This document shows positions 26,831 to 36,751 of a stretch of DNA of 64,000 nucleotides, piece by piece; position 1 is the stretch's first letter; each line of letters opens with the position of its first letter. A program made the translations under genes and the position numbers. This DNA comes from Dehalococcoidia bacterium. GTDB lineage: Bacteria > Chloroflexota > Dehalococcoidia > UBA2979. The DNA lies in contig OZ253555.1 of the NCBI GenBank assembly GCA_965262725.1, positions 2,951,838 through 3,015,837 of the forward strand, in the 5' to 3' direction. The notes under the pieces were generated by a model. The model ran no database searches, was not told the origin of the DNA, and was given only the letters and a program-made list of their open reading frames with translations.

Positions 26831-27538
26831 CTACGCCGTGGCAGCCTCGAGCCTGGCCATGCGCACCAGGTTGTAGGCGGCGGCGGTGAGCTCCAGCCAG
26901 CAGCGGTTGCGCTCGCGGCCCACGAAGCGCAGCTTGCGCCCGCCGCCCACGGTCTTCATCCAGCCGAAGACCTGCTCCACGATCGTGCGTCGCTTCTGAC
27001 TCTGCCTGTAGCCGCGATGCCGCGTGGTGCGCCCGTCCACGGCGCTGCGGCGGCGGCGATCGTGCTGCGCCACGCCGCGCCCGCGCAGTTCCGCCACGAA
27101 GTCGCGCGTGTCGTAGCCGCGGTCGGCGCCCAGCGTCCCGCAGCCGCTCACGCTGCGCTCCAGCATCGTGACCGCCGCCTCGCGCTCGGCGTACCCGTTC
27201 GCCTCGGTCAGCTCCAGGTCCAGCACCAGACCATGACGGTTCTCGGTGAGCAGGTGGCCCATGTAGCTCAGTCTCGCCGTCTGCCCCGACCCTTTCGTGT
27301 ACAGCCGCGCCTGCGGGTCCGTGCCGGAACTATGCGTATCGCGGCGGCGGCGCCGCCCCCGGAAGTCGACCTCCGGGTTGCGCCCGCCCGGGGGTGTCCT
27401 GCTCGTCGCGCGGGCGGTAGCTCTTGAGCGAGGCCCAGGCCTCCAGCAGCGTCCCGTCCACGGTGAAGTGGTCGGCGGAGAGCAGCCGACGCCGCCTGGC
27501 CTCGGCCACCACCTCGGCGAAGAAGGCGCGCGCGACAT
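26831..27538 (-). CDS. IS5/IS1182-family transposase, C-terminal DDE ORF in a different frame (frameshifted or programmed)
   Basis: DPQARLYTKGSGQTARLSYMGHLLTENRHGLVLD...GADRGYD...RTIVEQVFGWMKTVGGGRKLRF. Confidence 0.75.
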   Translation of the reverse strand: MSRAPSSPRWWPRPGGVGCSPPTTSPWTGRCWRPGPRSRATARATSRTPPGGRNPEVDFRGRRRRRDTHSSGTDPQARLYTKGSGQTARLSYMGHLLTENRHGLVLDLELTEANGYAEREAAVTMLERSVSGCGTLGADRGYDTRDFVAELRGRGVAQHDRRRRSAVDGRTTRHRGYRQSQKRRTIVEQVFGWMKTVGGGRKLRFVGRERNRCWLELTAAAYNLVRMARLEAATA

Positions 27539-27893
27539 CGGCAGCGAGCAGGCGCTCGCGATTCTTCGAGAAGCTGGAGGCGTCGAACGGCTCGTCTGAG
27601 ATGTTGAGGTCGAGGAACCACTTGAACAGCAGGTCGTAGCGCAGCCGCTCGCAGAACTGGCGCTCGCTGCGGATCGAGTAGAGCGCGATCAGCAGGCTCG
27701 CCTTGAGCAGGTGCTCGGGCGGGATCGAGGGCCGGCCGCTCTTGCTGTACATCGTGCCGAACAGCGGTGAGAGCCGCTGCAGCGCGGAATCGACGATCGG
27801 TTTGATGCGGCGGATCGGGTGGTCGTCCGGGATGAAGGCGTCCGGCGTCACCGCCAGCAACATGTTGGTCTGACGCTCAGCGTCGCCTCGCAT
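27330..27893 (-). CDS. IS5/IS1182-family transposase, N-terminal ORF (DUF772-like); the frame breaks near a C/G homopolymer
   Basis: FIPDDHPIRRIKPIVDSALQRLSPLFGTMYSKSGRPSIPPEHLLKASLL...KSYRPRDEQD. Confidence 0.75.
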   Translation of the reverse strand: MRGDAERQTNMLLAVTPDAFIPDDHPIRRIKPIVDSALQRLSPLFGTMYSKSGRPSIPPEHLLKASLLIALYSIRSERQFCERLRYDLLFKWFLDLNISDEPFDASSFSKNRERLLAADVARAFFAEVVAEARRRRLLSADHFTVDGTLLEAWASLKSYRPRDEQDTPGRAQPGGRLPGAAPPPRYA

Positions 27894-27965
27894 GGGGCGC
27901 CTCCAGGCTACGCCCCCGCCGCCTTCGCTATCCTGCCAGACGGCTGACCCTTTTTCAGCACCCTG

Positions 27966-28814
27966 CTAGCGGTCGACCGCGGCGGCAATCGCGCGGTTGG
28001 TGAAGACCCGCGTCATCGACCGCCGGTACGCCTCCGAGCCAGCCAGATCCGCATTGATGTCCCCCAGAGCGTCGGCCGCCTCGGAGGCGGCCGCTATCGT
28101 GTCGGCGTCTAGCACCGAGCCGGCCAGCGCCTGCTCGACCGCCCCGAGCCGCTGCGCGTGCGTCGAGGCGCCCGTCACCGCTACGCGGGCACGTGTGCAG
28201 ACGCCGTTCTCGACGGTCAGCGAGGCAGCCACTCCGACGATCGCGAAGTGTGAGGCGGGGTGGCGGAGCTTCGCATACGCCGCCTGCGTCGGGGCGTCGA
28301 AGCTCACCGACGTGATCAGTTCGTCCTCCCCGAGATCGACTTCGAAGAGCCCGCTGAAGAAGTCCCCGGCGCCGACCGCGCGCTCGCCGGCAGCACCGAC
28401 GATGTGGATCGTCGCGCCAAGCGCGACGGCGATGGCCGGCAGATCGGCCGCCGGGTCGGCGTGCGCCAGGCTGCCGCCGATCGTGCCGCGGTTGCGCACC
28501 TGCTGGTCTCCGATCTCGCTTGCCGCCTCGGCGACGACGGGAGCGGACGCAAGGAGCACCGGGTCGGACTCCAACTCGGCATGCGTGGTGAGGGCGCCGA
28601 TCGAGATGCGCCCTCCGTCCTCGCTGACCCCGGAGAGCCCGGGGATTCGACTGATGTCGATCAGTGAAGTCGGCTCGGCGAGGCGCAGCTTCATCAGCGG
28701 GATCAGGCTGTGCCCCCCCGTGATGAAGCGAGCGTCGCCCCGGGCCTGCTGCTTGAGTGCGATCGCCTCCTCGACGGAGCCGGCGCGGTGGTACTCGAAC
28801 GCTGAGGGGATCAT
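27966..28814 (-). CDS. coxM: molybdenum-hydroxylase (CO dehydrogenase-like) medium FAD-binding subunit
   Basis: Internal ATG MIPSAFEYHRAGSVEEAIALKQQARGDARFITGGHSLIP. The stop codon TAG is formed by the CTAG bordering the IS1182-like element. Confidence 0.85.
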   Translation of the reverse strand: MIPSAFEYHRAGSVEEAIALKQQARGDARFITGGHSLIPLMKLRLAEPTSLIDISRIPGLSGVSEDGGRISIGALTTHAELESDPVLLASAPVVAEAASEIGDQQVRNRGTIGGSLAHADPAADLPAIAVALGATIHIVGAAGERAVGAGDFFSGLFEVDLGEDELITSVSFDAPTQAAYAKLRHPASHFAIVGVAASLTVENGVCTRARVAVTGASTHAQRLGAVEQALAGSVLDADTIAAASEAADALGDINADLAGSEAYRRSMTRVFTNRAIAAAVDR

Positions 28815-31180
28815 GCGGCGCCTCCATGAATCAGGCGCCAGAGCTTCTCCGGGCGCAGCATCATGTCGATGTGTTCCACGCCGAGCCCACTGAGGGCGTC
28901 GACGGCGGCGTTGACGATGCTGGGTGTGGACCCGATCGTGCCGGCCTCGCCGATACCCTTTACCCCCAGCGGGTTGAGTGGAGAGGGCGTAACGGTGTGG
29001 TCCAGCTCGAAGCGCGGCAGATCGCGCGCCCGCGGGATCGCGTAGTCCATGAACGAGGCCGTCAGGAGCTGGCCGCTCTCCTCGTCGTACACCGCCTCCT
29101 CGATCATCGCCTGGCCGACGCCCTGCGCGATTCCGCCGTGGATCTGGCCGGCGACGATCAGCGGGTTCACGACGTTGCCACAATCGTCCACGCCGACGAA
29201 GCGCTGAAGTTCGAGCTCCCCGGTGTCGCGGTCGATCTCCACCTGAGAGATGTAGCAGCCGAAGGGCCACGTGAAGCCCTCGGGCTCCCAGAACGCCTCC
29301 TCGCTCAGGCCCGGCTCGGTGTCCGGCGGCAGCGGGATCGGGACGTAGGCGAACGCTGCCACGTCCGCGAAGGCGACGCCGGTTTCCTCCCGCCCGGTGG
29401 GGCCGATCATCCCGTCCTTGAAGGAGAGATCGGAGGGCTGCAGCTCCAGCATCGGAGCGGCGAAGCGGCGCATCTTCTCCTGCACCTTCGACGCTGCGAG
29501 GAGTAGGGCCGTGCCGCCCACGACCTGAGAGCGGCTTCCGAAGGTGCCCGTGCCGCCGCGTACCTGCCCCGTGTCGCCGTGGACAATGACGATGTCGTCC
29601 ATCGGGATGCTGAACTCATCGGCGACCATCTGCGCGAACGTCGTCTCGTGGCCCTGGCCGTGCGAGGAGACGCCGGTCGTCGCCCGCACCTTGCCGTCGC
29701 GCTCCACGCTCACGCTCGCGTGCTCCCAGAGCCCCACCGTCGGCATTGCCGCCGAGGGACCGAAGCCGCAGATCTCGGTGTAGAAGGAGAGCCCGAGGCC
29801 GACCAGGCGCCCTTCCGCACGGGCCGCGTCGCGGTCCGCCTTCATCTGCTCCCAGTCGGCGTTCGCGAGCGCCATGTCAAGCGCGCGCTCGTACTCGCCG
29901 GAGTCGTAGACCATCCCGCCCGCGGTTGTGTACGGGAACTGGTCCGGCTGGATGAAGTTGCGCCGGCGGACCTCCGCCGGGTCCATCCCCAGCTTGGCCG
30001 CGAGCATGTCGATCCCGCGCTCGAGGAAGTAGATGCCCTCCGGACGTCCGGCTCCGCGGTAGGCGTCGGTCGGCATCTTGTTCGTGAAGACCTCGGTCAG
30101 GTCGCAGCGCACGACGCCGATGTCGTAGACACCGCTGATCATGAACGCGACCAGCGTGGGGATGGCGGCGGTGAGCACCATCTCGTAGGCGCCGATGTCG
30201 GCCACGAGCCGCATCTTCACGCCCAGGACCTTGCCCTCGGCGGTCGCCGCCAGATCGAGGTAGCAGATCACGTCGCGGCCATGGATCGTTGTCATGAACG
30301 CCTCGGAGCGATCCTCGATCCACTTGACCGGCAGGCCGAGCCGGCGCGAGATCGCCGCCGCGACAAAATCCTCCCCGTAGACGTTGATCTTGCTGCCGAA
30401 GCCTCCGCCCACGTCGGGTGCGATCACGCGCACCTGGTGCTGGCCCATCCCGAGGATCGCCGCGAGCAGCGTGCGTGCGATGTGCGGATTCTGGGTCGTC
30501 GACCAGACTGTCAGCTCGTCGTTGCCCGGCTCGAAGCGCGCGATCACGCCGCGCGGCTCCATCGCGTTGGGGACCAGACGCTGGCTGACCATGCGCTGCG
30601 AGACGACCACGTCCGCCTGCTCGAACGCGTCGTTGAGCGCCGACTCGTCCTCGATCTCGAGCGTCACCGGGTTGACGCCGGTTCCGGCCGGGGCCAGCGG
30701 CACGGCGAGATTGTTCTCGAACGCCTCGTGGATGACGGCCGGCTCGCCGTTCATCGCCCTCTCGGGGTTGACCACGGCGGGCAGTTCCTCGATCTCGACG
30801 ACGATCGCGTCGGCGGCGTCGGTCGCGGCGTAGCGGTCACTCGCCACCACGACGGCAACCGGCTCCCCTACATAGCGGACGCGGTCCGGCGTGACGGAGT
30901 GGTGGTCCGGCGCCGGGAACGGCGTGGCGACGGGCATCGGCGGGATCATCTCGGCGAGCTGAGCGCCGGTGAGGACCAGCTCGACGCCGGGCATCGCCTC
31001 GGCCGCGCTCGTGTCGATGGAGCGGATGATCCCGTGTGCCACGTCGCTGCGCTTGAAAGCGAGGTGCAGCATGCCCGGCAGCTTCATGTCGTCGACGTAG
31101 TTTCCCCGGCCCTTCACCAGGCGTGGGTCCTCGCGACGGCGAACGCGCTGCCCGACGAGCTTGCCGGGGGTCGCCTGCAT
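28811..31180 (-). CDS. coxL: molybdenum-hydroxylase large subunit, form II CoxL-like (AYRGAGR active-site loop)
   Basis: Internal ATG MQATPGKLVGQRVRRREDPRLVKGRGNYVDD; PTDAYRGAGRPEG motif; 789 aa. Confidence 0.85.
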   Translation of the reverse strand: MQATPGKLVGQRVRRREDPRLVKGRGNYVDDMKLPGMLHLAFKRSDVAHGIIRSIDTSAAEAMPGVELVLTGAQLAEMIPPMPVATPFPAPDHHSVTPDRVRYVGEPVAVVVASDRYAATDAADAIVVEIEELPAVVNPERAMNGEPAVIHEAFENNLAVPLAPAGTGVNPVTLEIEDESALNDAFEQADVVVSQRMVSQRLVPNAMEPRGVIARFEPGNDELTVWSTTQNPHIARTLLAAILGMGQHQVRVIAPDVGGGFGSKINVYGEDFVAAAISRRLGLPVKWIEDRSEAFMTTIHGRDVICYLDLAATAEGKVLGVKMRLVADIGAYEMVLTAAIPTLVAFMISGVYDIGVVRCDLTEVFTNKMPTDAYRGAGRPEGIYFLERGIDMLAAKLGMDPAEVRRRNFIQPDQFPYTTAGGMVYDSGEYERALDMALANADWEQMKADRDAARAEGRLVGLGLSFYTEICGFGPSAAMPTVGLWEHASVSVERDGKVRATTGVSSHGQGHETTFAQMVADEFSIPMDDIVIVHGDTGQVRGGTGTFGSRSQVVGGTALLLAASKVQEKMRRFAAPMLELQPSDLSFKDGMIGPTGREETGVAFADVAAFAYVPIPLPPDTEPGLSEEAFWEPEGFTWPFGCYISQVEIDRDTGELELQRFVGVDDCGNVVNPLIVAGQIHGGIAQGVGQAMIEEAVYDEESGQLLTASFMDYAIPRARDLPRFELDHTVTPSPLNPLGVKGIGEAGTIGSTPSIVNAAVDALSGLGVEHIDMMLRPEKLWRLIHGGAA

Positions 31181-31182
31181 GG

Positions 31183-31650
31183 TCACCTGGCACCTCCTGC
31201 CGCGCTTCGGACGGCGTTGATGATGTGCTCGTAACCGGTGCAGCGGCAGAAGTTGCCGTCCAGACCCCGGCGTATCTCGTCCTCCGAGGGGTTCGGGTGG
31301 CGCTCGAGCAGGTCGGCGCCCGACATGATCATGCCCGGCGTGCAGTACCCGCACTGGAGCCCGTGCTCGTCCCAGAACGCCTGCTGCAGCGGGTGCATCT
31401 CACCTTCCGCCGCGAGTCCCTCGATGGTGGTGATCGCGACGCCGTCGGCCTGCACCGCGAAGACGGTGCAGGCCTTGGCGGACGCGCCATCCACCAGCAC
31501 GGTGCACGCGCCGCACTGGCTGGTGTCGCAGCCCACATGCGTGCCGGTCAGGTTCAACTCCTCCCGCAGGAGATGGACCAACAGCATGCGGGGCTCGACC
31601 TCCAGTTCGTGAAGCCGTCCGTTCACGGTCACCGCAATCGGTACGGTCAT
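31183..31650 (-). CDS. coxS: molybdenum-hydroxylase small (2Fe-2S)2 subunit
   Basis: [11 protein letters not shown] and CGYCTPG cysteine motifs. Confidence 0.9.
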   Translation of the reverse strand: MTVPIAVTVNGRLHELEVEPRMLLVHLLREELNLTGTHVGCDTSQCGACTVLVDGASAKACTVFAVQADGVAITTIEGLAAEGEMHPLQQAFWDEHGLQCGYCTPGMIMSGADLLERHPNPSEDEIRRGLDGNFCRCTGYEHIINAVRSAAGGAR

Positions 31651-32159
31651 CTCGCCACGCCCCCTCCTGCGGCCGCCATCGCCGCTCGTTCGATCGCATC
31701 AAAGAACTGCCGCGCCATGGTGCGGGCCGACGCGGTCAGCAGTCGGCCGCCGACGCGCGCCACGGGCCCTCGAACGGTGACGTCGGCCTCGTAGCGGAGA
31801 TGGGTCCCGGCGCCGTCATCCGTGAGTTCGATCGCGGCCTCGCCCGACCCGGCCCCCGGGCGGCCCTGGCCCGAGGCGACCAGCGTGTAGCGAGTCTCCG
31901 GCTCCCGGTCGCGGAGCTCCACTCGACCCCGGAAGGTCCCGCGCACGGGACCTACGCCCAGCTCGGCGATGAGCTCCCACGCGTTGGGAGCGACCTCGTC
32001 GAACGCCGTGAGGCCCGGGATCGCCTGCTGCAGCGAGGTGGGGTTCTGCAGGTGCTCCCACACCACGGACCGGCGGAGCTCGAAGCGATGTTCGCCGTCG
32101 ATACGCACAGCCCACCCCTCACAAGCCGGGCGGATGATAGCACCGATGATCCGGGCCAT
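31647..32159 (-). CDS. coxG: CoxG-like SRPBCC-family protein
   Basis: 170 aa; resembles CO dehydrogenase subunit G and sits in the cox operon position. Confidence 0.6.
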   Translation of the reverse strand: MARIIGAIIRPACEGWAVRIDGEHRFELRRSVVWEHLQNPTSLQQAIPGLTAFDEVAPNAWELIAELGVGPVRGTFRGRVELRDREPETRYTLVASGQGRPGAGSGEAAIELTDDGAGTHLRYEADVTVRGPVARVGGRLLTASARTMARQFFDAIERAAMAAAGGGVAR

Positions 32160-32440
32160 GGCGACCCCGCGCGAGTGACGGCTCAGGCTTGCGGCGCCGC
32201 CCGACGTGGCGAGGCCCCGGCCCGGTCCCGGGTCCGGCGACCGCGCCCCCCGTGCGCGAGTTGCGACAGAGCCTGATCGGGCGGTGGATCAGGCCTCTCG
32301 GTCGCCCGCCGCGTCGGTCGGGCCCACGGCGCGTGCGCGCCCGGTGTTGGCGACTCCCCGCCAGCCAGGCACACCCGGATGCTAGGGTGCGACCGTCCGG
32401 GCAGGTGGCCCGCGGGCCCCAGCGACCGAGAGGTCCGCGC

Positions 32441-34138
32441 ATGCAGCTCCGCTCCATCGGTGAGCTCTCCCCGGAGCAGCGGAGGCGGATCCGAGCCTGG
32501 TGCATGTACGACTGGGCCAACTCGGCGTACGCAACCACCGTCGCCGCCATCGCGCCCGTCTACTTCGTCTTCCTCTTCAAGGAATCCGTCGGCGAGAACG
32601 GGACGGTTCTCGGCATCTTCACGGGCAGCTCGATGTGGGGCCTTGGCGTTGCTCTCTCGACCGCCGTGGTCGCCTTCTCGAGCCCCGTGCTGGGCGTTCT
32701 CTCGGATCGCATCCCGATCCGCCGGGCACTGCTGGCGGCGTACACCGTGCTCGGGTCGCTCTTCGCGGCGCTGGCGTTCTTCGCACCCTGGGCGCCCATG
32801 CCGTGGCTGTGGATCTTCGCGACCTACTCGCTCGCGAACGTCGGCTTCGCCGGCGGTCTCATCGTCTACAACTCGTTCCTGCCACACCTCGGGCCGAGAC
32901 ACCTCCTGGACAAGATCAGCAGCCGCGGCTTCGCCTACGGCTACCTGGGCGGCGGTCTCCTGCTTATGGTGCACCTCTCGCTCGTGCTCGCCACGCGGGA
33001 CAGCGACGCCGCCGACCTCGCCACCCGCCTCGCCCTCGCCTCCGTGGGGGTGTGGTGGCTGGGGTGGGCGACCTGGACCTTGCGCGTCGTGCCCGAGCCG
33101 CCCGTGGTGCGCTCCAGTCAGCGCATGACGGCGACCTCCGCCGCCGCGATCGGCATCCGCGAGCTTGGCCAGACCCTCCGCGAGCTGACGCGGTTCCGGG
33201 TGGTACTCGTCTTCCTGGCGGCCTACGTGCTCTTCAACGACGGCGTGCAGACGGTGCTGGCGATAGCCGGCGCCTACGCTGCCGACACGCTCGGCATCCC
33301 GCTCGCCTTCAACATGGGCACGATCGCGACCATCCAATTCGTCGCGGTGCCCGGGTCGCTCGCCTTCGGTTGGCTCGCGGACCGCATCTCGACGAAGCGC
33401 GCGCTCACCGTCTCGCTCGCCGCCTGGGCGGGGATCGTCCTGCTCGGTGTCTCGCTGGCGCCGCTGCCGCCGAGCGCCCACGGCGACTTCGACATCAGGC
33501 TCGCCTACCAGGAGGGATCCGACGACTACCTGGTCGAGTCGGCACCGGACCTCGACGATCCCCTTGAGCTCAGCCGGGGTGGCTCCACCTGGCGCATCGA
33601 GGAGGGACACACCTTCCGGCCGTCGGCGGCCTCGGACCTCGCCGACGCGGTACGGGAGGGGCACGAGGTCGAGTACTCGCTCTCGCTCCGGGGCGGCCCA
33701 CTCGACGGCGCGTCCGCCGTGGGCTCGGCCCACCCGTCGGTACTGGGCGAGGGTCCTCTCGACTGGTGGCCCTCGCTGGTGAGGGAGCGGGTGTGGCAGC
33801 CGCTCGGACTCGGCGTGGGGCCGCAGTGGCTCCTCCTCGGGATGATGGTGGGGTGGGTGATCGGGGGGAGCCAGGCCCTCGCCCGCAGCCTTTTCGCGCA
33901 GATCACGCCCCACAGCCGCAGCGGCGAGTTCTTCTCCTTCTTCGGTTTCATCGGCCGGGCGTCGTCGATCTTCGGCCCGATGGTCTACATCGCGGCGACC
34001 GCGCTCTTCGACACGCGCGTCGCCGTCACGTCCATCCTCGTCATCATTCTCGCCGGCACCGTCGTGCTGAGGTGGGTCGACGTCGCCGAGGGTGCCCGCG
34101 TCGCGGCCGCCGAGGACGCGCGCACCGGCGTGTCCTGA
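32441..34138 (+). CDS. MFS transporter (UMF1/Atg22-like) with a ~110 aa hydrophilic loop insertion
   Basis: Internal ATG MQLRSIGELSPEQRRRIRAWCMYDWANSAYATT...; 12 TM pattern. Confidence 0.7.
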   Translation: MQLRSIGELSPEQRRRIRAWCMYDWANSAYATTVAAIAPVYFVFLFKESVGENGTVLGIFTGSSMWGLGVALSTAVVAFSSPVLGVLSDRIPIRRALLAAYTVLGSLFAALAFFAPWAPMPWLWIFATYSLANVGFAGGLIVYNSFLPHLGPRHLLDKISSRGFAYGYLGGGLLLMVHLSLVLATRDSDAADLATRLALASVGVWWLGWATWTLRVVPEPPVVRSSQRMTATSAAAIGIRELGQTLRELTRFRVVLVFLAAYVLFNDGVQTVLAIAGAYAADTLGIPLAFNMGTIATIQFVAVPGSLAFGWLADRISTKRALTVSLAAWAGIVLLGVSLAPLPPSAHGDFDIRLAYQEGSDDYLVESAPDLDDPLELSRGGSTWRIEEGHTFRPSAASDLADAVREGHEVEYSLSLRGGPLDGASAVGSAHPSVLGEGPLDWWPSLVRERVWQPLGLGVGPQWLLLGMMVGWVIGGSQALARSLFAQITPHSRSGEFFSFFGFIGRASSIFGPMVYIAATALFDTRVAVTSILVIILAGTVVLRWVDVAEGARVAAAEDARTGVS

Positions 34139-34206
34139 CGGCGCCAGGAGTCGGGGAAGCGGCGGGCGAGGCCTCCGAGCGCCGCCGCCCGTGATGGCGG
34201 CATCCG

Positions 34207-34752
34207 TTGGAGGGGGACGTCACCGTCGACGCCGCGCTGATCGCCCTCGTTGTTGCCCTCAAGTACCTGCTGCCGCTCCTGCTGATCCCCTTCCCCTTCC
34301 TCGCGGGCTGGGGGAACTTCGTCCTCGACAGCGTGGACGGCGACATCCTGATCCCGCTCGGCCTGGCCGAGGGGATCTACCAGGACGTCGACAAGTCGGC
34401 CGACTACGTCACCTACATCTGCATGGTGATCGCCGCGTGGCGCTGGCCGCTGCGGCGCGTGGTCATCGCCCTCTTCGCGCTCCGCACCGTCGGACAGGCG
34501 CTCTTCTTCATCACCGACGATGAGATCGTCTTCTTCCTCTTCCCGAACTTCCTCGAACCGCTCTTCCTCGCGTACGCGAGCATCGCGTTCGTGAAGCGGT
34601 CGGAGGCACCGGCGTTCTTCGCCCGGCACGCGATCGTGATCTGGCTCGTCGTCGTCGTCTACAAGCTGCAGGACGAGTACGTCACCCATGTCGGGAACAT
34701 CGATCGGACGGATCTGGTCGGGGAGCTCGTCGGTCGCCTCCTGGGCGGCTGA
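34207..34752 (+). CDS. hypothetical polytopic membrane protein
   Basis: About 5 hydrophobic helices; no recognisable family. Confidence 0.5.
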   Translation: MEGDVTVDAALIALVVALKYLLPLLLIPFPFLAGWGNFVLDSVDGDILIPLGLAEGIYQDVDKSADYVTYICMVIAAWRWPLRRVVIALFALRTVGQALFFITDDEIVFFLFPNFLEPLFLAYASIAFVKRSEAPAFFARHAIVIWLVVVVYKLQDEYVTHVGNIDRTDLVGELVGRLLGG

Positions 34753-34922
34753 GCGCCGCGACCCGCGCGGAGATCGCCGACGGCGGCGACGTGAGGCGAG
34801 ATGTGTCGTCTCGCACGTAACGCATATGCACTCGATCATATGATGATGGCGCAGCAGGCCCCGAGGACTATGCCTCTCGATGCAACGCGGCCGATCCGGG
34901 GCGCGGGAACGGCGCGGCCGGC

Positions 34923-36428
34923 GTGATGCGGTGGCTGCTGCTCCCCGCGCTGCTGGTCGCGGCGATCGCCAGTGCGATCGCCGCCCCGCCGCTACCGGCG
35001 GATGCGTCGGATCCGCTCGAGGCCGGGCAACAGGCCGTCGTGAGCGCCGACGGCGACCCCCTGAACCTGCGCACGGCGCCGACCCTGCGCGCCGACGTCA
35101 TCAGGCGCCTCCCCGACGGGTCCACCGTCACGGCCGTGGGCGAGCAGCGGCAGGCCGACGGCTACGCATGGGAGCAGGTCGACGCCGACGGCGACCGCGG
35201 TTGGGTGGCAGCCCTCTACCTGGAGGCCGTGGACGCGGCGAACGACGGCGGTGACCCTCCGACGTCGACGGAGGCGTCAGACTCCCTCCAGGCCGGAGAG
35301 CAGGCCGTCGTCAGGGCCGACGGCGACTGCCTCGCGATGCGCACGGAGCCGGCCCTGAGCGCCGCCAGTGTCAGCTGCCTCGCCGAGGGGACGACCGTCA
35401 CGGCCCTCGGCGAGCAGCGGCAGGCGGACGAGCTCACCTGGGAGCGGGTCGCAGGCGACGGGCGTCAGGGCTGGGTGGCCGCCCTCTACCTGAAGGCGGT
35501 GGACGGGGAGGACAACGGAGACACGACGGCTCCCACAACCGGAGCCCGACTCCTGCCGGTTCCACCCCGCGGAGGGCTGACCCTCGGCATCGCCGACACG
35601 TCCGATGTGGAGGCCCTGATCGCCGCGCAGACCTTCAGGGTCTCAAGCGTCTGGCTCTACCGCATTGCGACGCAGGACTACCTGCGGTACATCCCCAACG
35701 CTCCCGCGATGGTGAACACGCTCGATTCCTCTTCGCTCACGCCGGAGAGCATCGTCATGCTGAGGCGGAGCGGCGAGCGGGCCGACCAGAGCGTCGAGCG
35801 TCCTGCGGCGCCCGACGAGGCGGTCCGCGGCACGCCAAATGTGCTGCCCTCGCCACCGTCCGAGGGACTGACGGTGGGCATCTCCGGCACGAACGACCCG
35901 GTCGCCCTCGCCGACGCGCAGCCCTTCGAGGTGCGCATGGTCGCGTTCCTGCACGTGCCCACCCAGCTGCAGCTCGTGTACATCCCCGGCGCACCGGCCT
36001 TCGTGCAGTCGCTCGCGCGCGGCGTGCTCGAGCCCGACTCGGTGGTCTGGATGCGAGCGGGAAGCGTCCCGCCGGCCCCCGGGTCAACGCCGCCGACGAG
36101 CGGAACGGTCGTCGACGCCACGTTCAGCTACTTCTACTGCAACCAGGGGACGATCGAGGCCGGCATCGGCGACGGCGGCGGCTGGTGCGGCGCTATGGCG
36201 AACGGCCAGATCGTCTACGCGGGAGCCGCAGCCTGCGCGCGGGAAAACCTCGGGCAGCGCTTCCGCATCCTCGGCGACCCGCTGGATCGGACCTACACCT
36301 GCGCCGACACCGGCAGCGCCGTACACGGCAACCACCGCGACATCTGGTTCGACAACAGCGACGACGGGCTCAACTGGGTCCGGCAGGTGGGCGAGAGCGG
36401 CCGCATCGAGATCCTCCCCGAGGAGTAG
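34923..36428 (+). CDS. secreted protein: signal peptide + 2x bacterial SH3 (SH3b) + 2x unknown repeat + C-terminal 3D (MltA-like) domain
   Basis: Signal MMRWLLLPALLVAAIASAIA. Repeated SH3b-like units ...VTAVGEQRQADGYAWEQV... and ...VTALGEQRQADELTWERV.... C-terminal CADTGSAVHGNHRDIWFDNSD. Confidence 0.55.
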   Translation: MMRWLLLPALLVAAIASAIAAPPLPADASDPLEAGQQAVVSADGDPLNLRTAPTLRADVIRRLPDGSTVTAVGEQRQADGYAWEQVDADGDRGWVAALYLEAVDAANDGGDPPTSTEASDSLQAGEQAVVRADGDCLAMRTEPALSAASVSCLAEGTTVTALGEQRQADELTWERVAGDGRQGWVAALYLKAVDGEDNGDTTAPTTGARLLPVPPRGGLTLGIADTSDVEALIAAQTFRVSSVWLYRIATQDYLRYIPNAPAMVNTLDSSSLTPESIVMLRRSGERADQSVERPAAPDEAVRGTPNVLPSPPSEGLTVGISGTNDPVALADAQPFEVRMVAFLHVPTQLQLVYIPGAPAFVQSLARGVLEPDSVVWMRAGSVPPAPGSTPPTSGTVVDATFSYFYCNQGTIEAGIGDGGGWCGAMANGQIVYAGAAACARENLGQRFRILGDPLDRTYTCADTGSAVHGNHRDIWFDNSDDGLNWVRQVGESGRIEILPEE

Positions 36429-36751
36429 CGGCCGAGGAGCAGCGCGGCCCCGGGCCCGCCCGGCCGCCGGCTACTCGAGGACTCGGAGCGTCCCCGGGAT
36501 GTCCATCCTCCGCAGCCTGCGCACGGTGAGGGGTGGGGGCGAGGCTCACCACGGCGCTACCGCCGCCAGCAGCGCGGCCATCGGCGGCGCGTCGATGGAG
36601 AGGATGACACCCATGTCGGGGTAATTCTCCGAATCGCTCCGGCCGATGACGGCTCGCCGCGACATCGGCCGACGCCCCGCCCGCGGGTGCAGCGCACGCG
36701 CGGCGGGGGAGAGGCGGAATCACGAGCGCGCCGGAGGGGAAGTCCGCGCGG

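Larger units (their letters stand above)
26685..27965 (-). mobile_element. IS5-family (IS1182-like) insertion sequence flanked by CTAG/CTAG
   Basis: Terminal IRs CAGGGTGCTGAAGAAG (26685..) and the reverse complement CAGGGTGCTGAAAAAG (..27965). A 4-bp CTAG lies on both sides. Confidence 0.75.
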
